This document shows, one piece after another, positions 28,624-38,134 of a stretch of 64,000 nucleotides of DNA. The notes beneath the pieces were generated by a model. The model ran no database searches, was not told the DNA's origin, and saw nothing but the letters and a program-made list of their open reading frames with translations. A program made the translations under genes and the position numbers. The stretch covers positions 4,960,001 through 5,024,000 of the forward strand of contig OZ242320.1 of assembly GCA_965208125.1 (NCBI GenBank), in the 5' to 3' direction. The stretch comes from Candidatus Latescibacterota bacterium (GTDB lineage: Bacteria; Latescibacterota; UBA2968). Numbering within the stretch: position 1 is the stretch's first letter; every line of letters begins with the position of its first letter.

Positions 28624-29451
28624 ATGAGAGCAAAACCGGAAACCAGTGTGATACACCGCGTCACGCGGTATAATGGCTCTATTGGCAAATCCGTGGATGA
28701 TGTACTGGTCGTAGAAGAGCCACTTGAAATTCGCGTTGCAGGAGAAACCGTTGCCGTGACCATGCGAACGCCAGGGGCGGACCGCGCCCTTGCGCTGGGA
28801 TTTCTGTATGGCGAGGGCATCATCCGTGAAATCCACGATGTCGGGCGTGCGGAACACTGCGGTCGCCCGGGGACTCCTGAGTATGGAAATGTCATCGATG
28901 TTCTTCCTCGCCCGGGCGAGATGCTTGATCCCGAAAGGATTCGAGCGGGACGAAGAGGCACACTGACTTCATCGGCGTGTGGGGTATGTGGACGCGAGCA
29001 GATAGAAGATATGATGCAGCGGTGCCAACCCATCAATGATCATCGCGCGGTTCGGGCAGCGATGATTTTTGATGCACAGGAGCAAATGCGTCAATCCCAG
29101 TACGTATTTGCACAAACAGGGGGCGTTCATGCTGCTGCCGCATTTTCTGAAACAGGGGATATGTATTGCTGTTTTGAAGATATTGGCCGGCACAATGCAG
29201 TAGATAAGGTTGTAGGGCATTTGCTCGAAACGCATAACATAGTAGAAGGGGAGGGCGTTCAGATACTCGCGGTAAGTAGCAGAGCGAGTTTTGAAATCGT
29301 ACAAAAGGCCGTTATTGCGCGCATACCTGTCGTAGTTGCCGTATCTGCAGCGAGTTCATTGGCAGCAAATCTTGCACAGGCGATGGGAATAACCCTCATT
29401 GGCTTTGCACGCGACAAAAGGATGGTCATTTATACAGGGACTGTGCAATAG
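28624..29451 (+). CDS. fdhD: Formate dehydrogenase accessory sulfurtransferase FdhD
   Basis: VEEPLEIRV, TMRTPG, SSACGVCG, TGGVHAAA, EDIGRHNAVDKVVG, SSRASFEIVQKA. Confidence 0.95.
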   Translation: MRAKPETSVIHRVTRYNGSIGKSVDDVLVVEEPLEIRVAGETVAVTMRTPGADRALALGFLYGEGIIREIHDVGRAEHCGRPGTPEYGNVIDVLPRPGEMLDPERIRAGRRGTLTSSACGVCGREQIEDMMQRCQPINDHRAVRAAMIFDAQEQMRQSQYVFAQTGGVHAAAAFSETGDMYCCFEDIGRHNAVDKVVGHLLETHNIVEGEGVQILAVSSRASFEIVQKAVIARIPVVVAVSAASSLAANLAQAMGITLIGFARDKRMVIYTGTVQ

Positions 29452-29482
29452 GGTGGAGAAAGACGTCTTGCATCTCCCTATA

Positions 29483-29518
29483 GGCGGTTGGGCTGGTTGG
29501 CCCAACCGCTAAATTTTT
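29483..29518 (+). terminator. Probable terminator after fdhD
   Basis: GCGGTTGGGC-TGGTTG-GCCCAACCGC stem followed by TAAATTTTT. Confidence 0.55.
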
Positions 29519-29528
29519 GCTGTCTATG

Positions 29529-29557
29529 GGAACACTATTTGTAAATTTCAGGTCTAA
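29529..29557 (+). promoter_or_regulatory. Putative ECF-sigma (sigmaE/AlgU-like) promoter of the ABC/RND operon
   Basis: GGAACAC-N16-GTCTAA, 32 nt before ATG 29590 (RBS GAGGAG). Confidence 0.4.
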
Positions 29558-29589
29558 TCGTTGGCAAAGGTAAATGAGGAGCTATACTA

Positions 29590-30483
29590 ATGGTTATTCG
29601 GATTTCAAACCTGACAAAAATATATGGTCGCGGCGCAGTTCCCGCCCTGGACGATGTCACATTGACCATTCCTCACGGAACATTTGGCCTGCTGGGACCC
29701 AATGGGGCGGGTAAAACAACGCTGATTAAAATTTTATCGACTCAAATGGACGCATCGAGCGGCAACGTGACTATGGATGAGTTCGACCTGGTAAAAGACC
29801 GCACCGAAATTCGCCGGCGTCTGGGATATTTGCCCCAGCATTTTGGAACCTATCCACAACTGACGGCCTGGGAATTTCTCGATTATATGGCTGTTTTGGG
29901 CGGCATGCACAATAGAACAGCGCGTCTAAATCGCGTAGAGCAAGCTTTAAATGAAGTCGGATTGTACGAAGCGCGCAATCGGCGTTCGGGCACATTTTCA
30001 GGTGGCATGATGCGCCGCCTTGGCATTGCACAGACCATTCTGACCGATCCAGAGTTTCTCATTGTCGATGAACCCACCGTGGGGCTTGACCCGGAAGAAC
30101 GCATCCGGTTTCGAGGTATTTTGGGACGCTTGAGTAGCGATCGCGCAATTTTGATCTCCACGCATATTGTGGGCGATATTTCGAGTACCTGCGAAGATCT
30201 CGCGGTCCTGGATACCGGACGGCTGATCTTTCGCGGTTCTCCCGGAGAACTCATTTCAAAAGCCGATGGCAAAACGTGGGAAGTACAGGTTGATGACGCT
30301 GGCTTTGAAATGCTGTCGCGGGTGTTTCGCGTAGTCACGGTAAATGTTGAAGGCGATCAGATGCGTTTGCGTATGGTGGGCGATGGCGAGCCTCCCGCTG
30401 ATGCCGAAGCAGTCGCGCCCAATCTCGAAGATGCCTATGTCTATTTTGTCGGAGGCGATACCACAGGCGAAATTGCTGCGTAA
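29590..30483 (+). CDS. ABC transporter ATP-binding protein (ABC-2/drug-exporter type)
   Basis: GLLGPNGAGKTT, FSGGMMRR, VDEPTVGLDP, STHIVGD, PNLEDAY. Confidence 0.95.
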   Translation: MVIRISNLTKIYGRGAVPALDDVTLTIPHGTFGLLGPNGAGKTTLIKILSTQMDASSGNVTMDEFDLVKDRTEIRRRLGYLPQHFGTYPQLTAWEFLDYMAVLGGMHNRTARLNRVEQALNEVGLYEARNRRSGTFSGGMMRRLGIAQTILTDPEFLIVDEPTVGLDPEERIRFRGILGRLSSDRAILISTHIVGDISSTCEDLAVLDTGRLIFRGSPGELISKADGKTWEVQVDDAGFEMLSRVFRVVTVNVEGDQMRLRMVGDGEPPADAEAVAPNLEDAYVYFVGGDTTGEIAA

Positions 30484-30495
30484 AGGATTAATACT

Positions 30496-33400
30496 ATGCT
30501 ATCTATCTTTCACAATGTATGGGGCGTTGCGCGTTATGAGCGCAAAATGCTCTTGAGAACCACAAAATTCCGCATTTTGGGCGGCCTGGGCATGAGCATT
30601 CCCGTTTTGCTCGGCATCGGCTTTGCCATAGCAGAAGCCAACGGTGCTGAACTGCCCGTGGGCATTGATTCTTATGTTCCATTTTTAGTGTACAGTTTCT
30701 TGCAGACCATTGTCATAGCATTTATCGTGGGAGATTTTAGGGCAGCGGATGAACAGGCGCATATTTACGAAGTCGTGGCCGGGCGACCCATTTCCACTGC
30801 AGAACTGGTTGCGGGTAAGTATCTGGGCATTGTTAGTGCGCTTGTCTTTTTGAGCCTGGGGGTTCTGCTTTTAACCCTGAGTATCCAGGCTGCAAAAATC
30901 AGCATGACGGGCAATCCATTTACAATAAAACCCTATATCAGCTATCTCGTGCTCATGAACCTGCCCGCCCTGATTTTTATGTCTTCTGTGACATTTTTTC
31001 TGGGTGCAGTGTTGCGACGGCAAGCGGCAGTTGCTCTGATTGTGATCGGGTATTTGCTGGCCGTCCTGTTATTCCTGGGCAGGCGATATGACGGCATCTA
31101 CGACTTTGGTGCTTTTTTTACACCTCTGTATTATTCCGACCTGATTGGTCTGGCAGATATGACGCAAGTGGGGCTACAACGCCTGTTTTACATCTTACTC
31201 GGCATTGGATTTTTTGGCTTTTCAATTGATTGGTATCCCCGTCTTGCACATTCTTTAGTCGCGCGGTGGTTTGGGCGAGGCTGCGCGCTAACCGGTTTTG
31301 GTCTGGCTGTGGGCCTCTACTTTTATATGGATGCAGAGGCCGTAGATCGGAAAGCATATCGCAGTTCGTTGCTCGAGCAACAGGAAGCCGTTGCGAATAT
31401 CCCCGTTGCGGAAATAACCCATTACGATCTGGCATTGACGCTTTTGGGAGAGGAGCCGCTTGCCGCCTCTGGTAAGATTAGATTGAAAAACCCCCACGAA
31501 GCGCCGCTCGATACGTTGATTCTTTTGCTCAATCCCGGATTTGAAATCCAGAGCCTGATGCGCGGCGATGGCGGCGCAATAGCGTGGGAGCGGATGGGAA
31601 GCGTGATCCGCGTCATACCCGCTAATCCCCTGCAATCAGAGCAAGAACTCGATCTAACCCTGGCATACGCGGGTGATATTAACACGGATGGTTTTGATCT
31701 CCAACGAGAAAAAGCCAGACCAAAGTTGCGCAAACGCGATGGGATATTTAATAAGGGATCTTTGACGGCGTGGATTCGCGACAATTCCATCTATTTGCCT
31801 CCGCGCAGCCGATGGTATCCCGTGACAGGCGTTGATTACGGCTATGAAGATACGCGTGCGGTGTCCTTTTCAACGGCAAATTTGCAAATAACATATCCGC
31901 AAGGCATCGAAGTCATTACTCAGGGGCAGGTCGGCAAGGCCGATACGCTCGGCACACAGGTAACGCGCCAATGGGTTGTTGCAAAACCCGTGCCCGTCCT
32001 ATCGCTAAATGCAGGCGAATATCGCGTTTATCGCGCGACCATTCACGATGTCGAATGCGCCCTTTACGCCCATCCATCGCATCTGCGTCCGGTCCGATTT
32101 TTTGAAGGTGCCGAAGAAGATATTTTGCGCGCGCTTGGGCAAATTATGGACGCAATGGAGCAGGAATCGGGCATGAAATATCCCTATCCCGGTCTTTCTT
32201 TGGTGGAAATCCCCTTTCATGTTCAATGGTATTACGAAGGCTGGGAAGAAAAGGGCGGTTTGACACAACCCGGCGTGTTGATGATTGAAGAAGATGTGTT
32301 CATGAGGCAGCAATTTACCCGAGATTTTAAGCGTTCTCAAGAGCGCTCACGCGGCAATCGAGAACCCAAAGACATTAAAAAGGATCTTTTGGTACGCGCG
32401 GTTTTTTCGACCTTTTTTTCCAGAGAAGGAAATTCGGGCAGACAGGGACAGCCTGGCGGGTTATTTCGCAGCCCTGTTGTTCAACTCTGGGCTTATGACA
32501 AGCAGTTTGTGGGCGAACATCATTCCCTTCTCAAAAAGGGCATGCCCCTGTATCTCCAGAATGATTTGAGCACCGATATGACCTCTGCTTTTTATTCCAG
32601 CCAACGACGCGGTGGTGGTGGCGATAGGGGGCGTGGCGGTCGCGATGGTCCCGGTGGTCGCGGTGGTCCCGGTGGTCCCGGTGGTCGCTTCGGATCGGGC
32701 GGGGGATCGGGTGCTGCCTGGGACACGTTGATTGCGAAAATGCAACGCAAGTCATTTGCCGATTTGAATCCCGAAAAGCAAGCCGGCCTCTATCGCCAGG
32801 TTCTCGACGCCAAGGGCCCCGCACTTTTTCAAATGATGGAATCTTTTTTGGGTGAGGAAACATTTCGCACGGTCTTAGACGACATAGACCACAATCACAA
32901 ATACGAGGATATCGATTTTTCGACCTTTGAACGCGCTGCTGTGGGCGATACCACAGAAAGTGAAGAGAGCCAAAAATTGCAACGCCTCGTCAACGACTGG
33001 ATTTTTAGTACAGAAATCCCGGGCTATACCCTCACAAGGGTAAAAGCTCTGAAGATGGATGACGGTTTTGGGATGGTGGTCTATCAATTGATTCTGAGAA
33101 TTAAGAATAGCGAACCGGGCAGGGGATATGTGCAAATTACGGCTACGGGGCGGGGCGATGAGGCCGTAAAGGGCGTCGAGATTGAAGGTGGGCAGGAAAT
33201 TGAAGTTTCGATGGTTTTGTGGGAGCAGCCCTTCAGGGTGATGGTCGAACCCTTTTTTGCGCGCAATCGGCGCCCTCTGATGTCCCCCGTGCGCGTTCCC
33301 GAAGATGTCACAGAGGGTTTTCCGGTCGCTTATGTCAAAGACGTGACGGGCGAAGAGTCTGGTCCTCTTGAAATTATTGTAGATAATGATGACGATGGAT

Positions 33401-33987
33401 TTTCAATGCCCGTGCGGCGTGCAACGCGCTACTTCCGTCCGGGACTCAAAGGCGGCAACTGGCGCGAACAGGGCCTGCCAATGGCTTTCGGACGATTTGA
33501 GACAAATTATCGAAGAAAGTCTCAAGGGGATGGTGCACAGCCTGCGGTTTGGGCAGCGCAAATGCCCAGAGACGGCGAGTTTGATGTAAGTTTCTATTTT
33601 GTCGATCCCGCAATGGCCAGGCGCATTCGAATTGCATCGACCTTTACACTCACTATTTTGTATGGGGGCAAAGCCGATACGCTCGAAATAGAACGCGACC
33701 AGATGAAAGCGGGATGGAATTATCTGGGTCGATACAAATTTGCCGAGGGCGAAGAAGCCGCAGTCGAATTGTCTGACCGCGCAGAAGGGCGAGGGGGGCT
33801 CTATGCCGATGCCGTGCGATGGCGTTTTTTTGATCCGGAAAACCCCGATGCCTACGAAGACGAAATGCCCACCTTTATGTTTCGCGGTCGAGGTGGACCA
33901 GGTGGTGGGCCTGGGGGGCGCGGCGGCGGGGATGGTAGGCGAGGTCCCGGTGGTAACAGGGGTGGCGGCGGGTTGTTGGGATTTTAA
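30496..33987 (+). CDS. ABC-2 permease fused to a catalytically dead M1-aminopeptidase-like domain and a golvesin/xanthan-lyase C-terminal-like domain
   Basis: About 7 N-terminal TM helices (RPISTAELVAGKYLG); M1 N-terminal beta domain (THYDL...LLNPG...LAYAG...WYP); YPYPGLSLVE; no HEXXH; IIVDNDDDGF...GWNYLGRYKF...ADAVRW; Gly/Arg-rich inserts. Confidence 0.75.
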   Translation: MLSIFHNVWGVARYERKMLLRTTKFRILGGLGMSIPVLLGIGFAIAEANGAELPVGIDSYVPFLVYSFLQTIVIAFIVGDFRAADEQAHIYEVVAGRPISTAELVAGKYLGIVSALVFLSLGVLLLTLSIQAAKISMTGNPFTIKPYISYLVLMNLPALIFMSSVTFFLGAVLRRQAAVALIVIGYLLAVLLFLGRRYDGIYDFGAFFTPLYYSDLIGLADMTQVGLQRLFYILLGIGFFGFSIDWYPRLAHSLVARWFGRGCALTGFGLAVGLYFYMDAEAVDRKAYRSSLLEQQEAVANIPVAEITHYDLALTLLGEEPLAASGKIRLKNPHEAPLDTLILLLNPGFEIQSLMRGDGGAIAWERMGSVIRVIPANPLQSEQELDLTLAYAGDINTDGFDLQREKARPKLRKRDGIFNKGSLTAWIRDNSIYLPPRSRWYPVTGVDYGYEDTRAVSFSTANLQITYPQGIEVITQGQVGKADTLGTQVTRQWVVAKPVPVLSLNAGEYRVYRATIHDVECALYAHPSHLRPVRFFEGAEEDILRALGQIMDAMEQESGMKYPYPGLSLVEIPFHVQWYYEGWEEKGGLTQPGVLMIEEDVFMRQQFTRDFKRSQERSRGNREPKDIKKDLLVRAVFSTFFSREGNSGRQGQPGGLFRSPVVQLWAYDKQFVGEHHSLLKKGMPLYLQNDLSTDMTSAFYSSQRRGGGGDRGRGGRDGPGGRGGPGGPGGRFGSGGGSGAAWDTLIAKMQRKSFADLNPEKQAGLYRQVLDAKGPALFQMMESFLGEETFRTVLDDIDHNHKYEDIDFSTFERAAVGDTTESEESQKLQRLVNDWIFSTEIPGYTLTRVKALKMDDGFGMVVYQLILRIKNSEPGRGYVQITATGRGDEAVKGVEIEGGQEIEVSMVLWEQPFRVMVEPFFARNRRPLMSPVRVPEDVTEGFPVAYVKDVTGEESGPLEIIVDNDDDGFSMPVRRATRYFRPGLKGGNWREQGLPMAFGRFETNYRRKSQGDGAQPAVWAAQMPRDGEFDVSFYFVDPAMARRIRIASTFTLTILYGGKADTLEIERDQMKAGWNYLGRYKFAEGEEAAVELSDRAEGRGGLYADAVRWRFFDPENPDAYEDEMPTFMFRGRGGPGGGPGGRGGGDGRRGPGGNRGGGGLLGF
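32638..32688 (+). repeat. 9-nt tandem repeat (GGTCSCGGT)n encoding G(P/R)G units
   Basis: ggtcgcgat ggtcccggt ggtcgcggt ggtcccggt ggtcccggt ggtcgc. Confidence 0.8.
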
Positions 33988-33998
33988 TTTAAGGGAGG

Positions 33999-35072
33999 AT
34001 GGACGTGAAGTTTGATTTTTGCCCAAAATTATTGTTGATAATTACCCTTTGGGGGATAGTCGCCTGTGATCAACAGGCGGAACAGCGTACAGTTGATCTA
34101 ACTGTCCCCGTCACTGTTCAGTCCGTAGAGACGGGGACAATCGAATCGATTGTGACAGCTACCGGAACCCTCAGACCTGTGCGAGAAGCCCAGATCACAA
34201 CGGAGATTCGGGGGAGTCTGTACTGGAGCAAGGGGAGTAATAACCGCTTGCTCGCCAAAGGATCAGAGGTTAGAAGGGGGCAGACCATAGCCAGGCTCGA
34301 CAGCGATGAATGGGTTGTTGGCGCGCGGGTGGAAGCGCGTAAACTGGCGGTTGAAACAGCCAAGCGAACACTAAAGGAGCAGGAAACCCTGTTTAGCCGA
34401 CAACTGGCGACGGAAATGGACGTCGAAAGTGCGCGTAGAGCTTGGGCCGATGCAGAAGCCAATTATCAGGATGCCCTCATCAAGATCGATAAAACCAGGC
34501 TTTTAGCTCCCATACAGGGTGTGTTGTCGGAACTCGCGGATATTACGCAGGGAACGCTGGTGACGCCGAATACCGCAATTGCAAAAATTATGGATTATTC
34601 ACAGGTATTTGTGGATCTGAAAATTCCCAATGCCCAGATTATTAACGTGAAATTGGGTCAGGGCATCCGCGTGAGCAATTACGCTTTGCCCGAAGAAGTT
34701 TTTGAGGGCGAGATTGTTGAAATGGATCCGGCTATTGATCCGGTCACGCGCACGGTTCAGGTCGTCGGAATGGTCGATAATCCCGACTTGCTGTTGCGAG
34801 CGGGGATGTTTGTCAAAACAGAAATAGTCACGGAATCGCGGCAAAACGTCGTACTTATTGCGCGCAATCTCGTTTTGCGGCGGCGAAATCAGAAGGTCGT
34901 TTTCGTCGAAGAAGAAGGCCGCGCACAACAACGCGAAGTCGAAACAGGTCTGGAAGACCGAGACCGCGTGGAAATTGTAGTTGGCCTTGAACCGGGAGAC
35001 CAGTTGATCACGAGCAATTACGAAACGCTGAGGCCGCGCACCCGGGTGCGGGTCACGGGAGATAGACGATGA
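33999..35072 (+). CDS. Efflux RND transporter periplasmic adaptor (MFP), lipoprotein
   Basis: Lipobox GIVAC; TGTLRP, G..V..GQ.IA.LD, LLAPIQG, IDPVTRT, LRAGMFV, VETGL...GL.PGD. Start may be GTG 34005. Confidence 0.93.
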   Translation: MDVKFDFCPKLLLIITLWGIVACDQQAEQRTVDLTVPVTVQSVETGTIESIVTATGTLRPVREAQITTEIRGSLYWSKGSNNRLLAKGSEVRRGQTIARLDSDEWVVGARVEARKLAVETAKRTLKEQETLFSRQLATEMDVESARRAWADAEANYQDALIKIDKTRLLAPIQGVLSELADITQGTLVTPNTAIAKIMDYSQVFVDLKIPNAQIINVKLGQGIRVSNYALPEEVFEGEIVEMDPAIDPVTRTVQVVGMVDNPDLLLRAGMFVKTEIVTESRQNVVLIARNLVLRRRNQKVVFVEEEGRAQQREVETGLEDRDRVEIVVGLEPGDQLITSNYETLRPRTRVRVTGDRR

Positions 35073-38000
35073 ATTTGCCGGAATTTTCAACGCGATATCC
35101 CGTGACGATTGCCATGGCGACTCTCGCGGTAGTGTTGCTTGGATGGATATCGTTAGATGGGTTGGGTACCGATCTCTTGCCCGATTTGCAGACGCCAGTC
35201 GTCACCATAGACCTGACAGCACCGGGCAAATCGCCTGTCGAGATCGAAGAAAGCTATACGCGCCGCCTCGAACGCGATGTGAGCACGATTAACGGCGTCA
35301 AGCGCGTCTATTCGATTACCCGTTCAGGACAGGCCGTGGTCATTGCAGAATTTGCCTGGGATGCGGACATAGATTACGGGTTGCTCGACGTGCAAAAAAG
35401 AGTGGGGCGCTATGCGGTCAATGAAGATGTATCACAGTTGGATGTGACGCGGGAAGATCCGCTCGCGCTTGCGGTGATGCGCATTGCGATTACAGCAGAC
35501 GAAAACACGGAACTCGACGCATTGATGGGTACGGTAGAATTGTTGATCAAACCCAAATTGGAAGCCCTTGACGGCGTGGCGTCTGCCGAGGTGGAAGGGG
35601 GAACGGAAAAGGAAGTGCGCGTTACACTCGATCCTTATTTGCTCGAAGCGTTTGGGCTTTCATCCGATGCGGTCATCAATCGCATCGCACAGGCAAATGC
35701 CGATGTATCCGGAGGTACGCTCAGAGAAAATCAGCAGTCATATCTGGTCAAAGCCCTCGGTCGCTTAGATGACATAAACGATGTGCGGGAAGTCATCGTG
35801 GGAGAAAGGCGCGGGGGAGGGGGTGTGGCTTCTGGAGACCGGGTTCCGGTACGCGTGCGCAACGTGGGCACAGTAGATCTGGAATATCAAGAGCGAGAAA
35901 CCATCGTGCGCCTCGACGGACGGGAATGCGTTGGCCTCGCCATTTACAAAGAAGCTGGCAGCAATACGGTCGCCGTGGTCAATACGGTATTGGATGCGAT
36001 AGACGATATCGAAGCAGACCTGAGCGGCATGCACTTCACAACCGTCGAAAACCAGGCGAGATTTGTCGAAGACGCCATAGGCGAAGTCGAAACATCTGCC
36101 ATTCACGGGGCGATTTTGGCAATTTTCGTGCTTTTGATCGCGTTGCGGAGTTGGACGGTGACGCTGGTGATCGGGTTGGCGATTCCCATTTCCGTATTGG
36201 CGACATTCACGCTTATGTACTTTGAGGGATTGACCCTGAATATTATGACGCTGGGCGGGTTGGCTCTGGGCGCAGGCATGCTTGTTGACAATGCCATTGT
36301 GGTCATAGAGAATATATACCGGCATCTGGAAAGCGGCGAGGATGCGCGCACAGCATCGAGCCGCGGCGCCTCCGAAGTCGGCGTGGCAATTCTGGCTTCA
36401 ACGCTGACGACCGTGGCTGTCTTCTTGCCCATTGTCTATTTGCAGGGGCTGGCGGGCAAACTCTTTGTGGATCAAGCCTGGACCGTTGCATTTTCGCTGC
36501 TGTCTTCTCTGGTTGTGGCAATGACGACAATTCCAATGCTAACATCGCGCATTTTTAGACGGATGAATACGACGCACAAAACGACTGTTCGGTCGGACAA
36601 ATACTATCGGTTTCTCAATGGTATTTTGAACCGCAAACCCATCATGCTCGGTGTCGTGTTGCTCATTCTGGGCGGCACTGGATATATCGCCCGCGAGTTG
36701 CAGACTGAATTTATCCCACGCGAAGATCAGGGGCTGTTTCAAATTGACCTCACATTGTCCGAAGGCTCGCGTGTGGAACTGAGCGATCAGGTCGCCCTGC
36801 ACGTCAAAGAGATTGTCGAAAGCGTTGGCGGGAGCGATGTGGCGCATGTGTACGCGCTGACCGGCCTTAACCCCGCTCGGATATCGACCGGAGGCGAACC
36901 GACGGGTCCCAATCGCGCGACCCTATCGGTGGCGTTGCACACACAGCGATCGCGCAGCGTCAGCGAATTGGTGCGCGACCTGGATCCCATTTTGAGTGCC
37001 ATGCCCGATATCGAAGTGAAATACAAGCTGCATGAAACCGCGCTTGAAGGCGTGATGGGAGGACAAGAAGCGCCCATTCAGGTCGAAGTGTCCGGGGAAA
37101 ATCTCGATATTTTGGCGCGTATCACCAAAGAACTTCAGGCGAGGATCGAGGACTTGCCCTCGGTGTATAATGTGCGCACGAGTTTTCAGGGTGGGCAGCC
37201 AGAAGTCGATCTGGCGATTCGCGATGAGGTAGCGGCGGCATTCGGATTGACCACCCAGACCATCAGCCGCACATTGGAAAGACAACTATCGGGTGAAGTT
37301 GCCGGCGAACTGTCAAAAGACCAGCGCACGAGGGATATCCGGGTAAAATATCGAGATGTCGATCTGCGCGAACTCCACACCATGCAAATCGAGGGATCAG
37401 ACGGCGCGATCCTGACATTGGGGGATATTGCTGAACTCAATATTATTGAAGGTCCCCGCGAAATTTTGAGAGAAGATCAGCGTCGCGTGGGGCGCATTAC
37501 GGGGTATCTCACGGAAGGGCGCATTTTAAGTGAAGCCGTTGCCGACGTACGCGCTACCATGCAGGAAATGGTTGTGCCGTCGGGATATCGCATTGAAATT
37601 GGCGGAGAAGAGCGCGAGCGCGCAGCGTCATTTGAAAGTCTCAAATTCGCACTCCTGCTTTCGATTGTGCTGGTCTATATGGTTATGGCATCGCTATTTG
37701 AATCCACACTCCATCCGTTCACAGTAATGTTTTCCGTTCCATTAGCCGGCGTCGGCGTGATATTTGGATTCTATCTTTTGGGCGAACCCCTCAGTGTGAT
37801 GGCCTATATTGGCATTATTATGCTGGGCGGTATTGCGGTCAACGATGCGATTATTCTCGTAGATCGCATCAACCAGCTCAGGCTGGCTGGCCTGACGTTG
37901 CGAGAAGCGATTCTACAGGGCGGCCAGGACCGCTTGCGCCCCATTATGATGACGAGTGCGACGACTATTCTCGCCCTGCTGCCCATGGCACTCGGCTTTG

Positions 38001-38134
38001 GCGAGGGGGCAAAATTGCGCGCGCCTATGGCTATTGCCGTCATTGCTGGCCTGGTGACATCGACATTGATGACTTTACTTGTGATACCCACCATGTATGA
38101 ACTGATAGATCGCCTTCGGGGGAAATCCGCGTGA
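35069..38134 (+). CDS. AcrB/AcrD/AcrF-family RND permease (subunit 1)
   Basis: RYPVT, L..DLLPD, TM4 GMLVDNAIVVIENI, TM10 GIAVNDAIILVD, RLRPIMMTS, VIAGLVTSTLMTL. Confidence 0.95.
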   Translation: MNLPEFSTRYPVTIAMATLAVVLLGWISLDGLGTDLLPDLQTPVVTIDLTAPGKSPVEIEESYTRRLERDVSTINGVKRVYSITRSGQAVVIAEFAWDADIDYGLLDVQKRVGRYAVNEDVSQLDVTREDPLALAVMRIAITADENTELDALMGTVELLIKPKLEALDGVASAEVEGGTEKEVRVTLDPYLLEAFGLSSDAVINRIAQANADVSGGTLRENQQSYLVKALGRLDDINDVREVIVGERRGGGGVASGDRVPVRVRNVGTVDLEYQERETIVRLDGRECVGLAIYKEAGSNTVAVVNTVLDAIDDIEADLSGMHFTTVENQARFVEDAIGEVETSAIHGAILAIFVLLIALRSWTVTLVIGLAIPISVLATFTLMYFEGLTLNIMTLGGLALGAGMLVDNAIVVIENIYRHLESGEDARTASSRGASEVGVAILASTLTTVAVFLPIVYLQGLAGKLFVDQAWTVAFSLLSSLVVAMTTIPMLTSRIFRRMNTTHKTTVRSDKYYRFLNGILNRKPIMLGVVLLILGGTGYIARELQTEFIPREDQGLFQIDLTLSEGSRVELSDQVALHVKEIVESVGGSDVAHVYALTGLNPARISTGGEPTGPNRATLSVALHTQRSRSVSELVRDLDPILSAMPDIEVKYKLHETALEGVMGGQEAPIQVEVSGENLDILARITKELQARIEDLPSVYNVRTSFQGGQPEVDLAIRDEVAAAFGLTTQTISRTLERQLSGEVAGELSKDQRTRDIRVKYRDVDLRELHTMQIEGSDGAILTLGDIAELNIIEGPREILREDQRRVGRITGYLTEGRILSEAVADVRATMQEMVVPSGYRIEIGGEERERAASFESLKFALLLSIVLVYMVMASLFESTLHPFTVMFSVPLAGVGVIFGFYLLGEPLSVMAYIGIIMLGGIAVNDAIILVDRINQLRLAGLTLREAILQGGQDRLRPIMMTSATTILALLPMALGFGEGAKLRAPMAIAVIAGLVTSTLMTLLVIPTMYELIDRLRGKSA

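Noticed and set aside
31400-32900. Active M1 aminopeptidase
   Set aside because: No HEXXH zinc motif is present in the translation.
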